A stretch of DNA of 64,000 bases from Syntrophomonadaceae bacterium (GCA_040217755.1 JBEHWJ010000002.1:3113-67112), one strand, 5' to 3'; counted from the first letter of the stretch, positions 51,748 to 61,631 are shown. Notes: generated from the sequence alone by a model not told the origin. Program-made: numbers and translations.

Positions 51748-52322
51748 GACGCTCCAGAGTATATATCGCTTTGCTGCACTATCCTATGTACAATAAAAAC
51801 ATGGATATAGTCACCACCTCAGTAACCAATTTGGATATCCACGATATCACCCGGGCCGCCAGGACTTATGATGTGGACGGCTTTTATATAGTTCATCCAT
51901 CCGCCAGTCAGCAGAAATTAATCCGGGATATCCTGGCGTACTGGCAGGAGGGATATGGAGGTACATATAATAGTGACCGCCAGGAGGCTTTCCGACTGCT
52001 GAGGCGGGCAGGGGATTTCCCGGAGGTGCTGGAAGGCATCCGTAAAGAGACCGGGCAGGAGACCATTACCATTGTAGCTACTGATGCCCGCCAATACTGC
52101 AACACCGTCACGTATCGCGGATTGCGGCGCGACATTGCCGAAACGGAGCGGGTATTCCTGCTCTTGTTCGGAACTGGATGGGGAATAGGTCAAGAATTGA
52201 TGGAACGATGTGACTATATACTCGAACCCATATCCGGAGCCAGTGTTTATAATCATCTCTCCGTGCGTAGTGCGGTGGCCATCATATTGGACCGGCTATT
52301 GGGGGCAACCTGGTATAATTAA
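51744..52322 (+). CDS. Uncharacterised protein, putatively a SPOUT-like RNA methyltransferase (family assignment from memory)
   Basis: 192 aa. The GTG overlaps the trmD stop. The sequence ([28 protein letters not shown]...FGTGWG) resembles the family of predicted RNA methyltransferases often found next to trmD. Confidence 0.6.
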   Translation: MRRSRVYIALLHYPMYNKNMDIVTTSVTNLDIHDITRAARTYDVDGFYIVHPSASQQKLIRDILAYWQEGYGGTYNSDRQEAFRLLRRAGDFPEVLEGIRKETGQETITIVATDARQYCNTVTYRGLRRDIAETERVFLLLFGTGWGIGQELMERCDYILEPISGASVYNHLSVRSAVAIILDRLLGATWYN

Positions 52323-52332
52323 GAGCATTTTC

Positions 52333-52429
52333 TTGAGATAGCCATCAAGCTGTGTTAGAATAGGTTTGTTCTGTATCAAAGGCGGTATATGGCTGGGTCA
52401 GCCCGCCTGCAGAAAGGAGGTAAGATATT
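52333..52429 (+). promoter_or_regulatory. Promoter plus structured rplS leader (possible L19 autoregulatory leader)
   Basis: TTGAGA (52333-52338), 17 nt, TAGAAT (52356-52361). A nested hairpin GGCGG..GGCTG-ggt-CAGCC..CCGCC follows, just before the SD. Confidence 0.45.
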
Positions 52430-52786
52430 TTGCAAGACATAATCCGTTCTGTCGAAGAGGAACACTATAGAAAAGACCTGCCCGCATTTGGCCCGGGTGA
52501 TACGGTGAAAGTACACACCAAAGTCGTCGAAGGTACGAGAGAGAGAATCCAGATGTACGAGGGTGTGGTTATTAAGATCAGGGGTGCCGGCCTATCCAAG
52601 AATTTCACGGTTAGAAGGGTGACCTACGGGGTTGCGGTGGAAAGGACCTTCTTGCTCCATTCACCCAAGATCGCCAAGATCGAAGTAACCAGGCGAGGAA
52701 AGGTGCGCAGGGCAAGACTCTTCTATCTGCGGGGCCTGACCGGCAAAAAGGCTCGGGTTAAGGAAAAGGGCCGTTTTTCCAGATAA
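52430..52786 (+). CDS. rplS: 50S ribosomal protein L19
   Basis: 118 aa ([29 protein letters not shown]). TTG start after AAAGGAGG. Confidence 0.95.
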   Translation: MQDIIRSVEEEHYRKDLPAFGPGDTVKVHTKVVEGTRERIQMYEGVVIKIRGAGLSKNFTVRRVTYGVAVERTFLLHSPKIAKIEVTRRGKVRRARLFYLRGLTGKKARVKEKGRFSR

Positions 52787-52798
52787 AGTCGCTAAGAG

Positions 52799-52827
52799 GA
52801 GAATACTTGAGGGTATTCTCTTTTTTA
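52799..52827 (+). terminator. Intrinsic terminator after rplS
   Basis: GAGAATAC-ttgagg-GTATTCTC followed by TTTTTT. Confidence 0.75.
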
Positions 52828-52864
52828 TTACCAGGACCATTTTCGGAAGGGTAAAGAAAGAGGG

Positions 52865-53707
52865 ATGACATTGGCTATCAATTGGTATCCCGGCCATATG
52901 GTTAAAGCCAAACGGGAAATACAGCAGAACATCAAATTGGTCGACATTGTCGCCATTTTGCTGGACGCCCGGGCGCCTTTCTCCTGCCGCAATCAGGATC
53001 TGGAAAACATGAGCAGCCGGAAAAGGTTGCTGTTCGTGCTCAATAAAATGGACCTGGCCGATCCAGAGGTTACCCGGCGGTACCTGACCCGTTTGCGGCA
53101 GGATGGGATAGCAGCGGTGGCCATGGACTCGACCAGCGGCAAGGGACTCAAGGAGACTATCCAAGCCCTGAAATTATTGTTTCAGCCCCAAGCCGAAGAG
53201 ATGGTCCGCAAAGGCCGCCGGGTCAGGCCGATGCGGGTCATGGTGGTGGGGGTGCCCAATATCGGCAAGTCCACTTTCCTGAACTGCCTGGTGGGCAAGA
53301 AGATGGCGGTCACCGGCGCCAAACCCGGCATAACCAGAGGCAAGCAGTGGGTAAGGGTGCGGGAGGACATAGAATTGATGGATACGCCAGGACTTATGTG
53401 GCCCAAGGTCGAAAATGACGAACAAGGTCTGAAACTGGCCCTGCTGAGCATCGTCGGTGAAAATGCCTACCAGGAACAGGAGGTAGCCTTGTACCTGCTG
53501 GAAGTCCTTAAGTCGAGGTCGCCGGAAATCCTCAGGGATAGACTGAAAGTGGCGGACGTCGACCGCCCGGCCCTCGAATTGCTGGAACAGGTCGCCCGCC
53601 AGCGCGGTCACCTGCTCAAAGGTGGGCAGTTGGATCTGGGGAAAACCTGTAAGGCCCTGCTGCAGGATTTTCGCAAGGGCAATCTAGGCCGCCTGAGCCT
53701 GGATTAG
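52865..53707 (+). CDS. rbgA: Ribosome biogenesis GTPase A (YlqF/RbgA)
   Basis: Circularly permuted GTPase with NKMDLAD preceding GVPNIGKSTFLN. Confidence 0.92.
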   Translation: MTLAINWYPGHMVKAKREIQQNIKLVDIVAILLDARAPFSCRNQDLENMSSRKRLLFVLNKMDLADPEVTRRYLTRLRQDGIAAVAMDSTSGKGLKETIQALKLLFQPQAEEMVRKGRRVRPMRVMVVGVPNIGKSTFLNCLVGKKMAVTGAKPGITRGKQWVRVREDIELMDTPGLMWPKVENDEQGLKLALLSIVGENAYQEQEVALYLLEVLKSRSPEILRDRLKVADVDRPALELLEQVARQRGHLLKGGQLDLGKTCKALLQDFRKGNLGRLSLD

Positions 53708-54073
53708 ACCGCTGCCGCAGGTTTTCGCCAGCTGTGGGTTTAATAGTGGTAGTATCTCATCCATGGGTATGCAGATCGACGCTGCCATCCAGCGCCTCTT
53801 GGCTTTGCCTGAGCCCCAAGTACTTGGTCCAGTCCCAAAATGCCATTTCCCCTAATTTTGGCTATCGCCACCTCCCCCTGCCTTGGGTGTGAATTGGTAA
53901 CCATGGCCACAATTCCATTGCCTCAATAAGCCGGCCGGAAACACGGTCTCCGGGCTGGTTTTGCGCAGGAGGAGGGCCAGGCCTTAAATAGCAGGTGTTT
54001 ATTATTGGTAGAAAAGCGGGGGACGGTCAGATATAATACAAAATATGCGGCAAATGGTCAGGGAGGATGGAGG

Positions 54074-55411
54074 ATGGACCTCAGGGATATTTATCAAAGC
54101 AAATTGATATTGGCATCTGCTGCTGCCGGTTTAGTGAAGTCAGGAGATTGGATCGATTACGGTGTGGGCGTTTCTCATCCGGTCGCCTTTGACCAGGCTT
54201 TGGCGGCGCGGGCAGGGGATTTGCAGGACGTTAAAGTCCGGGGGGCCTTTACCCTTTGGATGCCGGCCATTTTCCAGATAGAGAATCCGGGCCAACACTT
54301 CTGTTGGAACTCATGGCATTTCACTGCCATTGACCGCCAGATCATGGAGATGGGGTGCGGATTCCACTCCCCCATGAGCTTCTGCGAACTTCCCCGCTAT
54401 TACGGCGAAAACTTGGAACCTATATCGGTTTCGGTCTGCCAGGTAGCACCGATGGACGGGGAGGGGTACTTCAGCTACGGTACCTCGCCTTCCTATCAGG
54501 CGGCAGTTTCTGCCCAAGCGGAAATCAAGATAGTCGAAGTTAATCACAATATGCCCCGGACACGGGGGAGCAGTGATATCAATATACATATATCCCAGGT
54601 CGATTTTGTGATCGAGGGTCCCAATGGGGATATAGCTGAGGTTGAACCAGGCCCACCCGATGATATTGACCGCCGGGTGGCTAACTTTATCGTCGAAGAG
54701 ATACCCAACGGCGCCTGTTTGCAGCTGGGTATCGGGCGCATGCCCAACGCAGTTGGAAGCCTCATAGCTGATTCGGATTTAAAGGATTTGGGAATTCATA
54801 CCGAAACCTATGTAAATGCTATTATGGATATAGCTGCCCGGGGAAAGATCAACGGTTTAAACAAGTCCATCGACCGGGGACGCCAGGTGTACTCCTACGT
54901 GCTCGGTTCCCGCCAACTATATGAATTCGTCCATGAAAATCCTGATCTGATGGCGACAACCATAGATTACAGTAACGATCCCAGCATAATTGCCCGGTTG
55001 GATAATTTCATCTCCATTAACAATGCCATCGAGATAGATCTATTCGGACAAGTGACTGCGGAATCCAACGGCCTCAGGCAGATAAGCGGTGCCGGCGGAT
55101 TCTTGGGCTTTGTCATCGGAGCCTATTGGTCCAAGGGGGGCAAAAGCATCGTATGCCTTTCCTCCACTTATGGTCACTCCGAGCAAAGAAAGTCACGGGT
55201 GGTGGCCACTCTATCCGCGGGCACAATAGTAACCAGCGGCCGCACCCTGACCCAATGGGTGGTGACCGAATATGGCAAGGCCAACCTGAAAGGTATGAGC
55301 ACCTGGCAGCGGGCTGAAGCGCTGATAGCCATGGCCCACCCTGATTACCGCGAGGACCTGATAAGAGACGCCGCCCGGATGGGGATCTGGCGCCGGAGCA
55401 ACCAAAGATGA
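54074..55411 (+). CDS. Acetyl-CoA hydrolase/transferase family protein (CoA-transferase, substrate unknown)
   Basis: About 445 aa from the ATG at 54074 after GGGAGGA. Family-typical segments are LQLGIGRMPNAV and ESNG...ISGAGGFLGF. The frame is open from 54005. Confidence 0.82.
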   Translation: MDLRDIYQSKLILASAAAGLVKSGDWIDYGVGVSHPVAFDQALAARAGDLQDVKVRGAFTLWMPAIFQIENPGQHFCWNSWHFTAIDRQIMEMGCGFHSPMSFCELPRYYGENLEPISVSVCQVAPMDGEGYFSYGTSPSYQAAVSAQAEIKIVEVNHNMPRTRGSSDINIHISQVDFVIEGPNGDIAEVEPGPPDDIDRRVANFIVEEIPNGACLQLGIGRMPNAVGSLIADSDLKDLGIHTETYVNAIMDIAARGKINGLNKSIDRGRQVYSYVLGSRQLYEFVHENPDLMATTIDYSNDPSIIARLDNFISINNAIEIDLFGQVTAESNGLRQISGAGGFLGFVIGAYWSKGGKSIVCLSSTYGHSEQRKSRVVATLSAGTIVTSGRTLTQWVVTEYGKANLKGMSTWQRAEALIAMAHPDYREDLIRDAARMGIWRRSNQR

Positions 55412-56094
55412 GCTACAGCCAGGATAACTTGAGCGAGGAAAAGCAGCGGCACCGGAAACTGAAAAGATATGAGAACCGTGCCTACCGGGAAGGTTTTCGC
55501 TGTATTGCGGGGCTCGATGAAGTCGGCCGGGGTCCTATCGCCGGACCGGTAATGGCGGCAGCGGTAATACTGCCCCGGAATTTCTTTTTGCCGGGGGTGA
55601 ACGATTCCAAACGGGTAAACCCCATCCGGCGGTTGGAAATGGCGGCGGAAATTAAGCAAAGGGCGATAGCCTGGGTGGTCGCGGCGGTATCATCACAGCA
55701 GATCGACCGGAAAAACATACTGCAGTGCACCCGTGAAGCCATGCGCATTTGTGTCGATGAGCTGACGCCCCGGCCGGATTTCCTCCTTATCGATGCAGTA
55801 AATTTGCCCAATCTGGAGATGGAGCAATATCCAATCATCAAAGGAGACAGCCTGAGTATTTCCATAGCCTGCGCATCCATATTGGCCAAAACGGAGAGAG
55901 ATGCGGTTATGGAGTCATACGATAAACTATACCCGGGGTATGGTTTTGCGCAGCACAAAGGATACGCGACCCGCGAGCATTGTATAGCTGTGGAGAGTTT
56001 GGGGCCCTGTGTCATTCACCGTTGCAGTTTCGAACCGGTTAAAAGTCTGATGAGCGGTCAAGACTGGATTCAACCCGGTCTTTTCGATACATAA
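55408..56094 (+). CDS. rnhB: Ribonuclease HII
   Basis: Catalytic motif GLDEVGRGPIAGPV. The ATG overlaps the upstream stop. Confidence 0.93.
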   Translation: MSYSQDNLSEEKQRHRKLKRYENRAYREGFRCIAGLDEVGRGPIAGPVMAAAVILPRNFFLPGVNDSKRVNPIRRLEMAAEIKQRAIAWVVAAVSSQQIDRKNILQCTREAMRICVDELTPRPDFLLIDAVNLPNLEMEQYPIIKGDSLSISIACASILAKTERDAVMESYDKLYPGYGFAQHKGYATREHCIAVESLGPCVIHRCSFEPVKSLMSGQDWIQPGLFDT

Positions 56095-56152
56095 ATGCAT
56101 CCTGCGCTTCTGGGCGCAACTACCGGAAGGGCCAGATGGATTGGAGCAGGGC

Positions 56153-56500
56153 ATGAAGAAGAAACTCGGTCTTAAGGGAGAAGATTTGGCGGCTTCATAT
56201 CTACAGGAACAAGGCTACCGTATTCTGCAAAGAAACTATCGCAGCAAGAGTGGGGAGATAGATATAATCTGTTCCAGGGCGGGAGTAATCGTATTCGTTG
56301 AGGTCAAGACCCGCACCAGTAAGATCTTTGGTACCCCGGAAGAGTCTATAACCTGGCGGAAACGCGACCACATCCGGAGGGTGGCTCTCGATTATCTGGC
56401 CGCCTGCCGTCAACCCTTCAAGGAATTGAGGTTCGATGTGATCGGTATCATGGTGGAACAGGGCATTCCCAAGATAAACCATTTGGAGGGAGCTTTCTAG
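56153..56500 (+). CDS. yraN: YraN family endonuclease-like protein (UPF0102)
   Basis: Typical sequence GEDLAASYLQEQGYRILQRNYRSKSGEIDIIC...VFVEVKTR. The start is adjusted to the ATG at 56153. Confidence 0.85.
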   Translation: MKKKLGLKGEDLAASYLQEQGYRILQRNYRSKSGEIDIICSRAGVIVFVEVKTRTSKIFGTPEESITWRKRDHIRRVALDYLAACRQPFKELRFDVIGIMVEQGIPKINHLEGAF

Positions 56501-56565
56501 TTTTCCTCCTGGGGTTTTTACCTGGTATAGATAAACATGTTTGAAAGGATTGGAAGAGTAGGCCG

Positions 56566-57414
56566 ATGATGATTTATGGGAAGGAAATAAGAGACCGGTT
56601 GAAATCAGAATTGAAAGAGGCGGCTTCCCGGGGCGGAATGGTGATGACGATTGTGCAGGTAGGGGAGGAAGGACCTTCGACTGCATATGTAAATGGAGCG
56701 AAGCGATTCGCCCGGGAAATAGACTGTGATTTAAGAATAATGCAGCTTCCTTGTGATATAAGCGAATCCGAATTGTTGGGTAAAGTGGAATCCCTAAACC
56801 GGGACCCGGAAATCACCGGCATCATGATCCAGAAGCCCTTGCCCGGCCATATCAATTCCGATGCGGTGGTAGAAGCCATGGATTACCACAAAGATGTGGA
56901 AGGAATCCATCCTTACAACCTGGGGCGCCTGTTGACCAAGGAACCGGGCATACGCCCCACCACTCCCAAAGCGGTCATCCGGATGCTGAAGGAACACAAT
57001 ATCGATATCGACGGACGCAAGGTGACGGTAGTGGGGCGCAGCAGCATCCTGGGAGGACCGGTAGCGGTAATGGCCATAGCCGAAAATGGTACGGTGACCG
57101 TTTGCCATACGCACACCCGGGACTTGGCTGCAGAAACCAGGAATGCTGATATAATCATCGCCGCAGTAGGGAAATCCCACTTTATAACCGCAGATATGGT
57201 CAGGGAAGGCGCGGTTATCATAGATGCCGGGATCAACTTCGATGCCAACGGCAAAATATCCGGTGATGTACATCCCGATGCCTGTGCCAGGGCGAGTTAT
57301 GCCAGCGCCGTCCCGGGTGGGGTAGGAATGATAACCACCGCCGAGCTGTTCGACAACCTGCGCATCCTGGCCGAGATGAAGAATATTCCCTCGAATTTTT
57401 GCATAAGATATTAG
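56566..57414 (+). CDS. folD: Bifunctional methylenetetrahydrofolate dehydrogenase/methenyl-THF cyclohydrolase
   Basis: 282 aa with GRSSILGGPVA and PGGVG motifs. Confidence 0.95.
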   Translation: MMIYGKEIRDRLKSELKEAASRGGMVMTIVQVGEEGPSTAYVNGAKRFAREIDCDLRIMQLPCDISESELLGKVESLNRDPEITGIMIQKPLPGHINSDAVVEAMDYHKDVEGIHPYNLGRLLTKEPGIRPTTPKAVIRMLKEHNIDIDGRKVTVVGRSSILGGPVAVMAIAENGTVTVCHTHTRDLAAETRNADIIIAAVGKSHFITADMVREGAVIIDAGINFDANGKISGDVHPDACARASYASAVPGGVGMITTAELFDNLRILAEMKNIPSNFCIRY

Positions 57415-57470
57415 AAAATACTGGACAAAAATGATAAATTGTGATTTAGTATAAGAACAATCTCTTGAAT

Positions 57471-57550
57471 AAAGGCAAACTCGTTGAAAGACGAAGACGC
57501 AAAGCCACGGGTCTAAGGACAGCAATGTCTATGACAGCCGGGTTGCCTGG
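57471..57550 (+). promoter_or_regulatory. c-di-GMP-I (GEMM-I) riboswitch aptamer, plus arm, copy 1
   Basis: GGCAAAC...UGAAAG...GACGCAAAGCCACGGGUCUAAGG...AGCCGGGUUGCC matches the GEMM-I core as I remember it from Vc2. Confidence 0.85.
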
Positions 57551-57571
57551 AGCAGATATAGTATTATCCGA

Positions 57572-57605
57572 CCTGCCAGCAACTCGCTGAGCAGGTTTTG
57601 TTTTT
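57572..57605 (+). terminator. Intrinsic terminator (expression platform of copy 1)
   Basis: CCTGCCAGC-aactc-GCTGAGCAGG followed by TTTTGTTTTT. Confidence 0.75.
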
Positions 57606-57649
57606 AATTGAATAATTCAGGACGGCGGGGCCAAGAGCCCCTCACCGAT

Positions 57650-57730
57650 AATAGCAAACCTGTCGAAAGGCGGGGACGCAAAGCCACGGGTCTAAGGACG
57701 ATTGGTCTACGATAGCCGGGTTGCCGAAGG
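57650..57730 (+). promoter_or_regulatory. c-di-GMP-I (GEMM-I) riboswitch aptamer, plus arm, copy 2
   Basis: AGCAAACCUGUCGAAAGGCGGGGACGCAAAGCCACGGGUCUAAGGACG...AGCCGGGUUGCCGAAGG. A T-run lies at 57746-57751, but I could not resolve a clean terminator stem. Confidence 0.88.
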
Positions 57731-57791
57731 AGGATCTGGTACCTGCCTTTTTTCTTGCGGGCCGTCCAGTTATGAAAGGGGTTAAGGCTCA

Positions 57792-58781
57792 ATGTTGGCC
57801 GGCAGGAAACGCCTAGGATTATACATCGCGCTCATAGTTACCTTGATTCTTACCCAAACGCCTATGGTCGCGGCAGAAAGCAACCATCCCAGTTTAACGC
57901 CGGATCACCATTCTGGTCTAGCGAACAGCGACTATTACATTCTCCAAAACAATGTGGTAATCGAGAATTCAGGTTCGGAACCAGCCACCAGGGTGAGGTT
58001 GGAGGTGCCCTTGATGGCAGACCTGGATTCACCTTACCAGGATGTGGTGAAAGAAGAGTTTTCGCCCCAACCTACCGAGATAAGAAAAATGGGCGACGGC
58101 ACCCGTACCGGGGTATTCAGTTTCGAAGACATCGCTCCCGGTACATGTACTGTTCTGACACAAAAATATACGGTCAGGTTAGACGGGAGCAACTGGCTTA
58201 ATAATGGCGGCGGCGAGATTCTGATTGACCCCCGGGCATATTTAGGACCGGCTGCCAAAATAGAATGCGCCGACCCCCGCATCCAGGCTGTGGCGCTACG
58301 CATCAATCCCAATGGCGACATCGATGATCTTGGTGTGGCCCAGAAAGCCTTTGAATTCACCCGCAGCACGCTGACTTACAACTCGTATTCTCCATCTGCC
58401 AACCAGGGAGCATTGGCGGGTTTGCAGGCCGGGAGCGGATGTTGTGAAGAATACGCATCATTGTTCGTGGCCGTGTGCCGGGCTTCAGGAATTCCAGCCC
58501 GGATAGTGAACGGGTATGCCAATGACCGAGACGAGTTGGCCGAGGATGAGACGCTGATAAATATGACTGGCCGCCGGCATCAGTGGGCCGAATTCTACCT
58601 GGATGGTAAGGGATGGATCCCCGTTGATCCCACCCTATCCATTGATATGCGCCCGGTATTCGGGCAACTCCCGACCGGATGTTATGTGGCAGAGAACTAT
58701 GGTGACCGGCAGGTCACTGGTAAATACCGCGGCGGTAAACTGGCGATTCAGTTCCAGGACCAAGTAGCCCGAGGATATTAA
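57792..58781 (+). CDS. Secreted transglutaminase-like (papain-fold Cys-His-Asp) enzyme
   Basis: Signal peptide MLAGRKRLGLYIALIVTLILTQTPMVAAES. Core motifs are GCCEEYASLFVAVCRASGIPARIVNGY, HQWAEFY and WIPVDPT. Confidence 0.88.
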   Translation: MLAGRKRLGLYIALIVTLILTQTPMVAAESNHPSLTPDHHSGLANSDYYILQNNVVIENSGSEPATRVRLEVPLMADLDSPYQDVVKEEFSPQPTEIRKMGDGTRTGVFSFEDIAPGTCTVLTQKYTVRLDGSNWLNNGGGEILIDPRAYLGPAAKIECADPRIQAVALRINPNGDIDDLGVAQKAFEFTRSTLTYNSYSPSANQGALAGLQAGSGCCEEYASLFVAVCRASGIPARIVNGYANDRDELAEDETLINMTGRRHQWAEFYLDGKGWIPVDPTLSIDMRPVFGQLPTGCYVAENYGDRQVTGKYRGGKLAIQFQDQVARGY

Positions 58782-58819
58782 GTCGGAATAAATGTCAAGA
58801 TTACGGAGGTGTTGAATTA

Positions 58820-59572
58820 ATGAAGAGAAGAATCCTGGTCACGTCCATTGTCGTATTCCTGACTGCGATAACCCTCATCAATGTCGAGCCGGCAGGGATT
58901 ACGGCAGAAGAAAAGGCGATTACCGCCATGCAGGATGTCATTACATCGCCGGAACCGCAGCCGGCAGCAAATCAATCGACAGCTTTTGATGCTGCCGCCG
59001 CTCCCCAGGCCGAGGCCAAAGCACCCGACCAAACTGTACCGACTCGGCCAGTCGCTGCAACAGATATCGAGTCGAAGATATCTCCGGAAGGTAACATCCA
59101 AACCGAAGCAACCACCAGTCCACCCAAATCCAGCCCCAGTAAAGAAACCAAACAACCGCCGACGGTTCAGCCGCCTGCCACCGCAACCACCTCAGCCACT
59201 GCCCAGCAGAAGGAAATGTTGGGATACATCAATGCCGCGCGGGCCCAGGCCAACCTTGCCCCCCTGGTCCTGGACAGCAAGCTTTGCAACGGAGCCTATT
59301 TAAAATCCCAGGACATGGCCGTGAACGGGTATTTCAGTCATACTTCCCCTACATACGGCACTCCCTTTGAAATGATGAGAAGTATTGGCATTACCTATCG
59401 GACAGCCGGGGAGAATATTGCCAGGAACCATAGCGTTTTGGCAGCATATAATGCTTTCATGAATTCCAGTGGTCATCGGGCCAACATCCTTAACCCGGCA
59501 TTCAACAAAATAGGGTTAGGGTTCTATCAGCGGGGCAGCGATCTGTTTGTAACCCAATGGTTCACCAATTAA
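58820..59572 (+). CDS. Secreted CAP/SCP/PR-1 domain protein (YkwD-like) with Pro/Thr/Ala/Gln-rich linker
   Basis: Signal peptide, a low-complexity linker, then CAP motifs GYFSHTSP, GENIA and SSGHRANILNP. Confidence 0.85.
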   Translation: MKRRILVTSIVVFLTAITLINVEPAGITAEEKAITAMQDVITSPEPQPAANQSTAFDAAAAPQAEAKAPDQTVPTRPVAATDIESKISPEGNIQTEATTSPPKSSPSKETKQPPTVQPPATATTSATAQQKEMLGYINAARAQANLAPLVLDSKLCNGAYLKSQDMAVNGYFSHTSPTYGTPFEMMRSIGITYRTAGENIARNHSVLAAYNAFMNSSGHRANILNPAFNKIGLGFYQRGSDLFVTQWFTN

Positions 59573-59609
59573 GCCATGCCTTCTTCTTGACTAAATACAG
59601 TAGGCGTGA

Positions 59610-59638
59610 GAAAAGCAGAGCTGTGAGCCCTGCTTTTC
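59610..59638. terminator. Hairpin between the convergent operons
   Basis: GAAAAGCAG-(11 nt)-CTGCTTTTC, a perfect 9-bp stem. The A and T tracts lie inside the stem, so it could act in both directions. Confidence 0.45.
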
Positions 59639-59703
59639 ATAATTCCCGGATATTTACGATAATGGATACTAAAAACCCAAAATGTGGCTGGGCATCTCGA
59701 GAC

Positions 59704-60324
59704 TCACTCAGTTTGGCGGGCCCGCACAATCAGTCTCTGCGTCACATTGCCAGGGGGGTCGCAAGTGGTTAAGGTCAGGGCCCGGTAATTAGTGGGTGCT
59801 ACCACCGACCAATCGTTCTCCGCCACGATGTAAACCTTTTCTACTGAGTACTCATAGTCTCTGCCCTGGTAGGATATGCTTATCCTGTCCCCGGGTTCCA
59901 ACCGGTTAAGATACCGGAACCAGGAACCAAATACATTGCGGTGACCAGCAATGGCGACGTTGCCTTTATCACCGGGCAAGGCGCTGTCAGGATATAAGCC
60001 GGGCCCCATACTAAGATCCCGGGAGGTAACTCCTTGAACTACTGCAGTTTTTAGATTTAATTTGGGGATGCTTAAAACCATTACCGCCTTTATAGTTGGC
60101 TTGGATTGTGCGGCAGGAGTCGGGCCAGGGGTTATCGCATTTGATGCCGTCGGTAAGCCTGCAACCCCAGTTCCGCTCGTCTCTTCAGGGGTTTGAGGAT
60201 ACGCCTGTTCAACGGCTTCCAACAGTTGACGCTGCATATATATGCTATATCCATTCTTAATAAGGGGGCTCAGGATCAACAATAATCCCCCTATAATCAT
60301 CACCCAACTGAAAACCCGGCGCAC
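59704..60324 (-). CDS. Sortase family transpeptidase (membrane-anchored)
   Basis: Catalytic His (IAGHRN), TLxTC motif (LTLTTCDP) and Arg (RLIVRA). The start is adjusted to the GTG at 60324, 5 nt after AAAGGGGUGA, giving MRRVFSW followed by a TM segment. The frame is open from 60357. Confidence 0.87.
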   Translation of the reverse strand: MRRVFSWVMIIGGLLLILSPLIKNGYSIYMQRQLLEAVEQAYPQTPEETSGTGVAGLPTASNAITPGPTPAAQSKPTIKAVMVLSIPKLNLKTAVVQGVTSRDLSMGPGLYPDSALPGDKGNVAIAGHRNVFGSWFRYLNRLEPGDRISISYQGRDYEYSVEKVYIVAENDWSVVAPTNYRALTLTTCDPPGNVTQRLIVRARQTE

Positions 60325-60348
60325 CCGGTCACCCCTTTTCTTATAGAA

Positions 60349-60374
60349 AGAGACCACCCTGGAGGGTGGTCTCT
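60349..60374 (-). promoter_or_regulatory. Intercistronic perfect hairpin between the poly-Asp gene and the sortase
   Basis: RNA reads AGAGACCACCCU-CC-AGGGUGGUCUCU followed by UUCUAUAAG: 12 complementary nt on each side. Confidence 0.55.
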
Positions 60375-60410
60375 ACAACATACTAACATTCTTCAGGGAT
60401 ATATGTCAGG

Positions 60411-61502
<1,092 letters not shown>

Positions 61503-61595
61503 CCTAAACACCTCCTTTTCATTAAGTTGCACCTGTCCAGCTGCTACTGGTTATTTGCCATATCACCACCTTAAATAATTTACCGGTTATTCGAT

Positions 61596-61631
61596 TAAAA
61601 AAACCTGATGGGGTATATACCCCAGCAGGTC
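61596..61631 (-). terminator. Intrinsic terminator (expression platform of the proximal minus-arm riboswitch)
   Basis: RNA reads ACCUGCUGGGG-UAUAUA-CCCCAUCAGGU followed by UUUUUUU. Confidence 0.8.

Noticed and set aside
53767-53853. Minus-strand 29-codon fragment MAFWDWTKYLGLRQSQEALDGSVDLHTHG-stop, which resembles the start of a PHP or amidohydrolase-type metal-dependent hydrolase.
   Set aside because: It is too short and the DxHxH-like match is too generic to call a pseudogene without a blastx search. It is mentioned only as context for the rbgA-rnhB insertion.
57421-57470. Tried to assign a sigma-A promoter for the plus-arm riboswitches (TGGACA, TTAGAA and TAAATT candidates).
   Set aside because: No hexamer pair had both acceptable sequence and 16-18 nt spacing, so I left it unannotated. 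Read-through from folD or a non-sigma-A promoter remains possible.
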